Notes under the pieces: model-generated
Databases searched by the model: none
What the model saw: only the letters and a program-made list of their open reading frames with translations
Told to the model about the DNA's origin: nothing
Program-made: the position numbers and the translations under genes
Shown: in pieces, positions 18,856-27,858 of the stretch
Position numbering within the stretch: position 1 is the stretch's first letter
How the letters are laid out: each line of letters begins with the position of its first letter
Source of the DNA: Desulfatiglandales bacterium
Lineage (GTDB): Bacteria > Desulfobacterota > DSM-4660 > Desulfatiglandales > HGW-15
Assembly: GCA_963667015.2 (NCBI GenBank)
Contig: CAXXJJ010000001.1
Coordinates: 2,752,001 to 2,816,000, forward strand
Length of the DNA: 64,000 bases
Direction: 5' to 3'

Positions 18856-19628
18856 CGAACAATAATCAACCAGAACCTGGTATTCACCCATGCTTTTATT
18901 CGGAAGCGAAAAACAGGTATGGAATAATTCATCTCCCTGTGGCCTCAGAATGCAATATACAGTGTGCATACTGCAGGCTTGATTATGATTGTTTATATGA
19001 AAACAGGCCAGGAGTAACAAAAGGGGTGATCAGCCCGGAACAGGCCCTGGAGCGATTGAAGAGAAAAATTGAGCGGATGCCAAATATTTCGGTGGCGGGA
19101 GTCGCCGGTCCAGGAGATGCATTTGCCGACCCTGAACTTACATTGAATACATTTGAACTCATTCGGAGTAAAAATCCCCGGATCGCCCTGTGTGTGTCCA
19201 CTAATGGCTTGAACATTGGAGATTATATCATGCGGCTTGCTGAACTGGACGTAAGATACGTCACTATAACAATAAATACCCTTAATCCTGTAACCGGTGC
19301 CCTTCTATACAAGTGGGTGAATATCGGTGATGCCAGGTTATATGGTGCTGAAGGTGCAAAAATCCTGATAGAAAAGCAGCTACATTTATACCTCAGATGC
19401 ATCACTGCGGCCGGTGCAGGCCTGGTATTTGATATCAGGGGAAGCCTGACCGCAATTACAGTAATGCTGATCATATTTATTGCTGTCATGGGTTACGGTA
19501 TCTCAATGGGGCTGGATATAGATTGCGGATGCTTCGGCTCCGGGGATACTGAGGTAAAGGCATATCACGGACTGAGAACAAAACTTTACAGAGATATTAT
19601 CCTACTCTCAGGCACTGCTGCTAACTAA
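18852..19628 (+). pseudogene. Truncated NifB-like radical SAM gene fused to the 3' part of a MauE/DoxX-like gene
   Basis: HPCF, HLPVASECNIQCAYC, ENRPGVT, AGPGD, STNG; switches after EKQL (~19383) to AGAGLVFDIRGSL...GLDIDCGCFG; expected start reads ATA. Confidence 0.75.
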
Positions 19629-19665
19629 TAGGCTACAATCTAAATGCCTTCAGTCTGTTTTTATT

Positions 19666-19694
19666 TTGACACTCAAGGGTAATATCCCTATACT
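19666..19694 (+). promoter_or_regulatory. sigma70-type promoter
   Basis: TTGACA-N17-TATACT. Confidence 0.65.
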
Positions 19695-19758
19695 CAATTC
19701 CCAAAAAAATATATTCCTTTCAACTCAAGTTAACCAACCAGGTAAAAGGAGATCTCTT

Positions 19759-20898
19759 ATGCGGATAAGATTTTTCACTACTGCTATTATCTTATTTATA
19801 TTTTTCATATTTTCAGCCTGCCAGAATCAGGACTCGAAGGAATCAACCCAGAACCAGAAAGTTGCGGAACCAGGGGTGCTGAAAACTGCTGATAGCGAAG
19901 GGCTGAAGAGCTTTGTGGATAAATACATGGATGCAATGCTTGCAAATGATCCGTCCGAAACTCTTTTTTCAAAGGATTGTATTTTCACCGAGAACGGCGT
20001 ACGCCTGCCCATTGGTGATGAGGGACTCTGGTCCAGCATGGTGGAGAAGGGCTCATATAAATTCTATGTCCCGGATGTTGAAACCCAGCAGATCGGATTC
20101 TTCGGTACAGCCCGGCAGGAAGCCCAGAATGAAGGCGATGATCCCACTCCTGTTGCAATTGCTCTGAGACTGAAGATTGAAAACGGCCTGATATCCGAGG
20201 CAGAACAACTGGTTGTAAGGCCGGAAAGCAACCTGCTTAATCCTGACATTGAACCGGGTCCTTCTGCAGCAGAAAAAATCGAAAAAATGGGCGAAGAACT
20301 GGGAAATCCTCATCCGGTTTTCACAGAGATTATCCCTGAGAATGAGCGTCCGTCAAGGGAAGAAATGATAAAGACTGCAAACTACTATTTTTCAGGAATG
20401 CAGAAAAACGATGGAAAGGGTGTGGATGGCACAGGCACCTACCCATTTACCGATGACTGCGACCGTTACGAAAACGGAGGACGGTCCACAAATGTTCCCC
20501 TGGCACCCGGTCAGGAAATGCCTGATCCACTTAAAGAGACAGTTTATTCCTCCCACTGGGGATGTAAACAGCAGTTTGAGTCAGGCCTAATATATTTTGT
20601 GTCCCGTATCCGTGACCGCCGTTTTGTGGCTGTTGACCGTGAACATGGAATAGTATTTGCCTTTGGTTTCTTTGATCATTCAGCCGGAAAGTCACGCTAT
20701 TATACCACACCCGATGGCCGTGAGGCTATTGAAGGTCCTTCTGAGCCATGGACATGGCAGATTGCTGAACTTTTTAAGGTGGAAAAGGGTAAAATCCGTA
20801 GAATAGAAGCCATTCTGCAACGCTGCCCCTATGGTATGAACTCGGGGTGGAGCTCTTACGAAGACGGAATGTCGGATAGAATACAGATAATAAAGTAG
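19759..20898 (+). CDS. Uncharacterised lipoprotein (paralog A)
   Basis: AAGGAG RBS; lipobox-like FSAC; highly similar to 21010-22116. Confidence 0.8.
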   Translation: MRIRFFTTAIILFIFFIFSACQNQDSKESTQNQKVAEPGVLKTADSEGLKSFVDKYMDAMLANDPSETLFSKDCIFTENGVRLPIGDEGLWSSMVEKGSYKFYVPDVETQQIGFFGTARQEAQNEGDDPTPVAIALRLKIENGLISEAEQLVVRPESNLLNPDIEPGPSAAEKIEKMGEELGNPHPVFTEIIPENERPSREEMIKTANYYFSGMQKNDGKGVDGTGTYPFTDDCDRYENGGRSTNVPLAPGQEMPDPLKETVYSSHWGCKQQFESGLIYFVSRIRDRRFVAVDREHGIVFAFGFFDHSAGKSRYYTTPDGREAIEGPSEPWTWQIAELFKVEKGKIRRIEAILQRCPYGMNSGWSSYEDGMSDRIQIIK

Positions 20899-20924
20899 CT
20901 AGGTTTTTAAATTGATTGTGAATT

Positions 20925-20951
20925 GTAGGGGCACGACGCATCGTGCCCTTC
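20925..20951. repeat. GTAG-type REP-like palindrome
   Basis: GTAGGGGCACGA-CGCA-TCGTGCCCTTC. Confidence 0.65.
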
Positions 20952-21009
20952 AATCGATGCATGACACAATGGCAGTCAAGCAACCATGTATTAAAAAAGG
21001 AGATAAAAA

Positions 21010-22116
21010 ATGCGTAGCAGGGTAACAATATCAATCCTTATTTTATCTTTGTTTTTCATATCAGCAATATCCCATGCTCAGGAAACGGGTGTTGTTCAAT
21101 CCTGTGACAGCGAGTGTTTAAAAGGTTATGTTGACAGGTATATGGATGCCATGCTTGACAATAATCCTTCAGAAAAGCTTTTTACTAAGGATTGCAGGTT
21201 TACGGAAAATGGTATACGCCTTGAATTGGGAGATGAAGGCCTCTGGGCCAGCATGGTAGGAAAGGGATCCTATAAGTTCTATGTCCCTGATGTTGAAGTG
21301 CAGCAGATAGGATACTTTGGAACGGCAAGAGAAGAGCCTCAGAAGGCAGGGGACACTCCACGTCCTGTGGCAATTGCATTACGGCTAAAGATTGAAAACG
21401 GCCTGATTTCCGAAGCGGAGCAGCTTGTTGTAAGGCCGGAAACTAATATCCTGACTCCTGCAAAAGGAGATGCCCCTCCGTCGACTGCCGAAAATATTGA
21501 AAAAATGGGTAAAGAACTGGGAAATCCTCATCCGGTTTTCACAGAGATCATCCCTGAGAATGAGCGTCCGTCGCGGGAAGAAATGATAAAGACTGCCAAT
21601 TACTATTTTTCAGGGATGCAGAGAAATGACGGCAAAGGAATAGACGGCACAGGTTCCTACCCGTTTACTGATGACTGCGAACGGTACGAGGTAGGAATAA
21701 GGTCCACCAATGTTCCTCTTGCCCCGGGACAGAAAATGCCGGACCCCAAAAAGGAAAATGTTTATTCCTCTCACTGGAGCTGCAGTCAGCAGTTTGAGTC
21801 AGGTCTGATACATTTTGTATCAAGGATAAGGGACCGCCGGTTTGTGGCAGTGGATCGTGAACATGGTGTAGTGTTTGCCTTCTGTTTCTTTGATCATATG
21901 GCAGGGGAATCCCGCCGTTTTACAACTCCTGACGGACGCAATGTGGTTTCAGGTCCGGCAGAACCATGGACCTGGCAGGTTGCGGAATTATTCAAGGTGG
22001 AAAATGGTAAAATCCGTCGCATTGAAGCTGTTGATCTCAGGTGCCCCTATGGCATGAATTCCGGCTGGAGCACATATGAAGATGGACTTTCAGATAAAAT
22101 ACAGATTATTAAATAA
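21010..22116 (+). CDS. Uncharacterised secreted protein (paralog B)
   Basis: Signal peptide ending SHA-QE; CDSEC; shared FTENG, RIRDRRF, AELFKVE.G.IRRIEA, CPYGMNSGW. Confidence 0.85.
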   Translation: MRSRVTISILILSLFFISAISHAQETGVVQSCDSECLKGYVDRYMDAMLDNNPSEKLFTKDCRFTENGIRLELGDEGLWASMVGKGSYKFYVPDVEVQQIGYFGTAREEPQKAGDTPRPVAIALRLKIENGLISEAEQLVVRPETNILTPAKGDAPPSTAENIEKMGKELGNPHPVFTEIIPENERPSREEMIKTANYYFSGMQRNDGKGIDGTGSYPFTDDCERYEVGIRSTNVPLAPGQKMPDPKKENVYSSHWSCSQQFESGLIHFVSRIRDRRFVAVDREHGVVFAFCFFDHMAGESRRFTTPDGRNVVSGPAEPWTWQVAELFKVENGKIRRIEAVDLRCPYGMNSGWSTYEDGLSDKIQIIK

Positions 22117-22133
22117 TAAACCGGGAGCGCCAT

Positions 22134-22979
22134 GTGAAAAGATACCTTTTAAAATTTAGCTTTGTTATGTGTATATGCCTGGTTTGTTCATTGTCAGCAT
22201 CTGCTGAATCAGATTTTAAGGTCCAGAAGACTATTGAAATGGAGGGAGAACCCCTGGATATCGCAGTATCCGAGAGAAGCTATACAACGTATGTGTTGAC
22301 AGCCGATGGAATTGTATATGTTTATGATTTTGCCGGTGTTCTTAAAGGACAGGTAGAAGTCGGAAAACATATTGATGGTATTGCTCCGGGTAAAAGTGAA
22401 GACAGTATATTTATTAAAAGCAGTAAAGAAAAGACCGTCCAGAGAATACAGATCGAGTTTGTGTATGAGATTAATACCGAAGGATCTCCCTATAAAGGAC
22501 GTGATGATGCGCCAATAGTGATTACGGTTTTTACTGACTACCAGTGACCGGCCTGCGGAAGGCTTTCGCCTAAACTTGATCAGGTGATTAAGAATAATAA
22601 GGACAAAGTAAAAATAGTATATAAGAATTATCCCCTGAGCATGCATAAGTATGCCAGGAAAGCTGCCGCTGCTGCCCTTACTGCCCATTCAATGGGTAAA
22701 TTCCGGGAGTTTCATGAAGCACTTTATGCAAATTCAAAACAGCTTGATGACAAAAAAGTGCGTGAGATCGCAAAGAGTCTTGGTCTGAATCCTGATGAAT
22801 TTATAAAGGAAATGGAATCCGAAAAAATCCAGAATGAAATCAATCAGGATATGAAAGATGGAAAAAAAGCAGGTCTGAGAGAGACACCGTCAGTTTATAT
22901 AAATGGAAGATTGCTTAATAACACTACTCCTGAAGGCTTTCAGGGTATGATTAATGCTCAGTTAAAAAAGTTGAAGTAA
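22134..22979 (+). CDS. DsbA/Com1-like thioredoxin-fold selenoprotein (UGA 22545-22547 read as Sec)
   Basis: The two track ORFs are in frame across TGA: FTDYQ-U-PAC...KNYPL...ETPSVYING; signal peptide. Confidence 0.88.
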
Positions 22980-23146
22980 TTTATATAAAATTCGAAATCA
23001 ATGTTAAGGATAAGGCATTCCCTGCCTCCATGTTCGAATTCAAAATACGGGTTAAAAGGAGTTGCAATATTTTACAGCTATAAATTTAAATCAAGCAGCA
23101 TACATCATCTGATTTCTAAACTATTTACAGAGAGGTATCACGTGAT

Positions 23147-24490
23147 ATGAATAATTCAACTTCGAGTAGCACTACGGTTATGAACAGAAATTCGGGTTAT
23201 CCATCAACAGCCTACGCCTGGTATGTAGTGATGGTATTGTATCTCATCTACGCCCTGTCATTCATTGATAGAGGTATAATTGATTTTCTGGTCGATGCCA
23301 TCCGGGCTGATCTGGGCATTAATGATTTTTACTTCAGTCTGCTTAAAGGCCTGTCATTTATAGCATTATATACTGTCATGGGAATACCCCTGGGCAGGCT
23401 TGCAGATTCACGTTCAAGACGAAATCAACTTGCTGTCGGTATTGCCCTGTGGTGCGCCATGACAGTCCTTTGTGGTAAGGCTAATAGTTTTTTTGGATTA
23501 TTTTTGGCAAGAATGGGTGTTGGTATTGGAGAAGCATGTCTTGTACCCTGTGCATACTCCCTCATTTCAGATTATTTTTCCCGTGAAAAGCGCAGCCTGC
23601 CATTAACTGTTTTTTCAAGCGGTATCATGTTTGGCACTTTTGCGGCCAGTATAGTCGGTGGATTTGTTTCCCAGTATACCTTTGATGCCGGCCCTATGAC
23701 AATACCGATAATGGGCTATGTTAAACCGTGGCAACTGTCTTTTATTATTGTTGGACTACCCGGAATACTGTTTGCACTATTAATGATGAGTATAAAAGAA
23801 CCGACCCGAAAAGAAAAAAAGGGACAGGCAGATTTTAAGACAACAATACAATATATGCTTAAAAACTGGAAGACCTATGGGGCAATAATAGGTGGGACAA
23901 CCTTTGGTGCCATGACAAATGGAGCTATACTTGGATGGTTGATCCCATGGTTTTCAAGACGTTATCTCTGGAATAATATCCAGATAGGGTCTTATCTTGG
24001 TGTCTGTACCCTTGTTTTTGGATCATTAGGAAACTTTTCTTCAGGCGCTCTTGCAAACCGGTATATCGGTAAAGGGAGAAAAGCAGTTTATATAAAGTTG
24101 ATGATGGCCGCAGAAGCTATTGTTATTATTCCCATTCTTCTTGCCCATGCAGTTGATAACCCATACTGGGTAATTTGCTGTGTAGGTGGAGTTATTTTCT
24201 TTGGTGGTGTTTCATCAGGTCTTGGCCCTGCATCGTTACAAACCATTACGCCTAATGAAATGCGTGGACAGGTTACTGCAATATGTTTTCTTATAATAGG
24301 ACTTGTTGCAGCTAATGTCGGTATATCGGCAGTTGGCTGGCTTACATCTTATGTGTTTGTTGATGATTTGATGGTTCGAACATCTGCAGTTATTGTGGGT
24401 CTACTCGCCTCAGTTCTCGGAGTCCTTACCCTGAAGATGGGTTTGAGAGCTTACGAACATACAGCAGGAGAGAACGGTCAGTCTAAATAG
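23147..24490 (+). CDS. MFS transporter (spinster-like)
   Basis: SFIDR, GRLADSRSRR motif A, ARMGVGIGEA. Confidence 0.92.
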   Translation: MNNSTSSSTTVMNRNSGYPSTAYAWYVVMVLYLIYALSFIDRGIIDFLVDAIRADLGINDFYFSLLKGLSFIALYTVMGIPLGRLADSRSRRNQLAVGIALWCAMTVLCGKANSFFGLFLARMGVGIGEACLVPCAYSLISDYFSREKRSLPLTVFSSGIMFGTFAASIVGGFVSQYTFDAGPMTIPIMGYVKPWQLSFIIVGLPGILFALLMMSIKEPTRKEKKGQADFKTTIQYMLKNWKTYGAIIGGTTFGAMTNGAILGWLIPWFSRRYLWNNIQIGSYLGVCTLVFGSLGNFSSGALANRYIGKGRKAVYIKLMMAAEAIVIIPILLAHAVDNPYWVICCVGGVIFFGGVSSGLGPASLQTITPNEMRGQVTAICFLIIGLVAANVGISAVGWLTSYVFVDDLMVRTSAVIVGLLASVLGVLTLKMGLRAYEHTAGENGQSK

Positions 24491-24523
24491 GCATGATGAA
24501 TTTTCAGAAGGATTGCCGTCGTT

Positions 24524-24715
24524 TTATGGGAGGTGTTTCTGTTGACGGCAATCCCCCTGATTTAAAAAGAATGCTATATGAGAGTTAATAAATGCAGAAC
24601 CTACAGCCTGCATGACATATATTGTTCCTGCAAGTTGACCCCCGCAAATATTACAGGTGCTGAGGATTATCAGATCACTTATCTTATTAAGGAATATTTT
24701 TGCTATATCTTTCAT
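24524..24715 (-). CDS. Small or degenerate CxxC-containing ORF under a sigma54 promoter
   Basis: STCNICGG; lies downstream of the -24/-12 motif at 24822-24837. Confidence 0.35.
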   Translation of the reverse strand: MKDIAKIFLNKISDLIILSTCNICGGQLAGTIYVMQAVGSAFINSHIAFFLNQGDCRQQKHLP

Positions 24716-24821
24716 TTATTTGGTTCCGGCATTATAACAATGTGACCTTATATATTCAGTTCGTGTGACCTCTTTTTTGTCCGGCAGTTATACTTCCTTT
24801 TTTATGTTACTCTCACCTTAA

Positions 24822-24837
24822 AGCAATGAGCATGCCA
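24822..24837 (-). promoter_or_regulatory. sigma54 (-24/-12) promoter
   Basis: Minus strand TGGCATGCTCATTGCT, with GG-N10-GC spacing. Confidence 0.7.
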
Positions 24838-24985
24838 GAAATAATTGGATAAAGATAATACGTAAAAACAGGAGGTTAACAGGTTTTAAATGAATTGTGA
24901 GTTCATAATTGTGTATAGATTTTATAGATAGGTGTGCACAAAAGTATAGCCTTGACTTAAGAGTAATGCCTTTAAATGATTTTAC

Positions 24986-25032
24986 TCGACACGAAACATA
25001 TGATCACCTATACTACATATCAAGTATATGTA
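24986..25032 (+). promoter_or_regulatory. sigma70 promoter with palindromic operator upstream of the UGSC-like gene
   Basis: TCGACA-N17-TATACT; TACATAT-N5-ATATGTA at 25014-25032. Confidence 0.5.
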
Positions 25033-25092
25033 AATAAATTTTTAATTTGGCATTTAATCAGAAATATTAAAGTTCATAAAGGAGGCAGTCTT

Positions 25093-26823
25093 TTGAAAAA
25101 GATATTTTTTGGAATTATTATGACGTCTCTTTTGCTTTTGGTGACAACCTTTACAGGTGTTTTAATGGCAAAAGAATCAAAGGTTACAGTATATAACCCT
25201 CTCGGGCAACCCCCGGCGATAAAGCGGGTTCCCATGGCCCCACGGGTCGATAATCTTGAAGGAAAGACCATATACATTGTAGATATCGGGTTTTCAGGTA
25301 CCCATCAGTTTCTGACAGAACTTCAGGATATTTTAAAGGCCAGGTATCCCAAGACCAAATGGGTCCTGCGGGATAAAGTAGGGACATATTTTAATGATGA
25401 TCCGAAACTGTGGACAGAGATAAAGGAAAAGGGTGATGCCATGATCATGGGAGTAGGGCACTGAAGCACCTGTGCGCCGTCGGTCGCCGGCCACTGCTGG
25501 ACAGTTGAAAAAGATTACGGAGTTCCCACTGCACCTATAGTTACTATCAAATTCGAGAATCTGGTTAAAACCTATTCATATAAAAAAGGTATGCCCAATC
25601 ATCGTTTTACCTTTGTCCCTCACCCGATAGCAGGGACTACTGCTGAAACCTGCAGAAAGTATCTCGAGGGTAATGACCCTGTTACAGGGGAGCCTGTACT
25701 CAAGGAAATCATTGATGCAATCACTGTTCCCCTGAGCAAGGAAGACAGGGAAACAGGCTCCATTGAAAGACCCACTCCGCTCATGGTAGAGCCTGATACT
25801 GAAGAGAACCTGCACAACCTGTTTCTGGAAAAAGGCTGGACAGACGGACTTCCTATTGTTCTTCCAACCAAAGAAAGAGTCGCTGCTATGCTTGAAGGGA
25901 CAAGCCATGCTCCGGATGAAACAGTAGGTAAAATGCAGCCGTCTTCTCCCCATGAACTGTGGAGTTATACTGTGGAAAAGGTTGCTGTTAATGCAGTAAT
26001 GGCAGGAGCAAAACCTGAGCATTTTCCGGTAATACTGGCCCTTGCATCCACCGGGATGACCTCCCTTTCTACCTCTACGACATCCTTTGCAACCATGGTA
26101 GTTGTGAATGGTCCTGTACGTAATGAGATTAATATGAATTCTGGAATCGGTGCAATGGGACCTTTCAACCAGGCCAATTCCGTAATAGGGCGTGCATGGA
26201 CCCTGATGTCCATAAACCTGAGCGCCTCCGGAAAGGCCGGAGAGACCTATATGGGCAGCCAGGGAAATAACCTTAATTACAACAATCTCTGCTTTGCTGA
26301 AAATGAAGAGGAACTTCCGGAAGGCTGGAAACCTTTTCATGTACAACAGGGATTTAAACCTGAAGAAAGTGCAGTGAGTGTATTTTTAGGCTGGGGAATT
26401 ACACATCCTGATCAGAGCTTTGAAAAGGCCTTCCATCCTCAGATTCCATTCTGGCTGAAATTTGTCAGCCCGTTTTCGTCTGTAAGCCTTTTTCTGGATC
26501 CTAATATTACCCATAAACTAAGAGATGATGAGGGCTTTGTTTCCAAGGAACAGCTGATTGAGTGGATTTATAAGAATACAAAGGTCAAGGTCAGGGACTG
26601 GAAAGATGACTTTTATGCTGTCCAGAATTTTATTATTCCAATGGGTGAGATGGGGCAGGAACCAATTGCCTCATGGCTGAAGCTTCCGGATGATGCAGAT
26701 ATTCCGCAATTTATAAGCCCATCCAATATTACAGTTCTATCTGTTGGCGGAGGAACCAACATGTTCTGGCAGGCAGGAGATTTTGCCTATACACGGAGCG
26801 CGTCTGTGGATGAGTGGAGATAG
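25093..26823 (+). CDS. UGSC-like selenoprotein with signal peptide (UGA 25462-25464 read as Sec), 576 aa
   Basis: GGAGG RBS then TTG start MKKIFFG...; GVGH-U-STC continues 42 open codons in frame into the 25591 ORF; GWTDGLPIVLPT motif. Confidence 0.88.
25465..25498 (+). promoter_or_regulatory. SECIS-like hairpin
   Basis: AGCA/TGCT, GTG/CAC and GCCG/CGGC stems with a G-containing apical loop directly 3' of the UGA. Confidence 0.6.
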
Positions 26824-26856
26824 AATAATAATTCTCCTGATAATAGCTTAAAACCA

Positions 26857-26887
26857 AGAGGGCGTCCTTCAAAGACGCCCTCTTTTG
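26857..26887 (+). terminator. Intrinsic terminator
   Basis: AAGAGGGCGTC-CTTCAAA-GACGCCCTCTTTT. Confidence 0.8.
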
Positions 26888-26951
26888 TTAACATATACTG
26901 CCTTTTTATTTGCTGCCATCAAAAAATCAAAAGATAGTTTTTGGATAGATA

Positions 26952-27608
26952 TTAGTTGATTTTAAATCCAATTGGCATCACAGCAATACATCTTACGTTC
27001 TTTTTTCCTATTTTAGCGGGTATGAATTTATATTTAACTATTGCTGCAAGAGCAGCTTCCTCAAACACACCTTTGGGCTCAGCCCGGGCTACTTCCGGGT
27101 TCTGTACTTCGCCGTTTTCATCTACAATAAAACGCAGAACAACCCTGCCTTCAATACCATTGATTGTTGCCTGGTGAGGGTACACAGGGGTAACAGGCCT
27201 TATAACGCGAGGCCTCTGATCAACCTGTTCCGGGGTGAAATGTTCAGGGATAAAAGGAACCTGGACACTGATCCCTGGTTTAATTTTTGTTATTTTTATC
27301 TCTCCCGGACCGGGTATTCTTCCCTGCTGAATTGGTGCAATAGTCCTGGGCGGATCTGCACTTACATGGGTATGATCTTTTTTGGTATAGGTTGCTGGTT
27401 CGCTGATAATAGTTTCCGTTTCCTCAATCTCGACAGGTTCCGGAGTTTGAGGGTAGGGTATAAAAACTGGCTTGGGGGTTAAATCTATCTTTCTGGGAAT
27501 GTAAATTTTAGACAGGTTGTAATTAAATATGAGAAGCAATCCTGTTGCAATTACTGCTACTAAACCGCTGACTGGAAAGTTAATGCCCGGATTTCTTAAT
27601 GTTTCCAT
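26952..27608 (-). CDS. TonB family energy transducer
   Basis: N-terminal TM, Pro-rich linker, PVYP..A...GIEGRVVLRFIVDENG C-domain. Confidence 0.9.
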   Translation of the reverse strand: METLRNPGINFPVSGLVAVIATGLLLIFNYNLSKIYIPRKIDLTPKPVFIPYPQTPEPVEIEETETIISEPATYTKKDHTHVSADPPRTIAPIQQGRIPGPGEIKITKIKPGISVQVPFIPEHFTPEQVDQRPRVIRPVTPVYPHQATINGIEGRVVLRFIVDENGEVQNPEVARAEPKGVFEEAALAAIVKYKFIPAKIGKKNVRCIAVMPIGFKIN

Positions 27609-27739
27609 GATTACTCTCCTTTCACTTGATGTTTAACTGCTTTTAATTGTCTGCTTCTCCTCCGTGTGTAGTATTTGTAACTCTTGACTACAATTGTACT
27701 TAATAAAAATATTCGAGTCAATAGTTAAAAATAAGTATA

Positions 27740-27778
27740 TTGACAGGGAATATATACAACAATATTATGTCCCGCCAG
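27740..27778 (+). promoter_or_regulatory. sigma70 promoter of the S8 peptidase gene
   Basis: TTGACA-N17-TATTAT followed by GTCCCGCCAG. Confidence 0.65.
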
Positions 27779-27858
27779 ATACGGGTAGTTCTTTATAATC
27801 AATAATTTAAAGTAAGATATTTATTCGGTATTATTTCCTGTTTACATGAGGTTACCAG

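Noticed and set aside
18852..19383. Evidence for nitrogen fixation (nifB)
   Set aside because: The gene is truncated, lacks a start codon, and has no nifHDK/ENX context in the window.
24976..25092. N-terminal extensions given by the ORF track (also at 3867, 4909, 15414, 19666, 32252, 39576, 42100)
   Set aside because: Better RBS-supported starts lie downstream, and several extensions overlap promoters or neighbouring genes.
25576..26346. 256-aa antisense ORF and other short overlapping ORFs in the track
   Set aside because: Shadow frames of well-supported genes, with no recognisable motifs or RBS.
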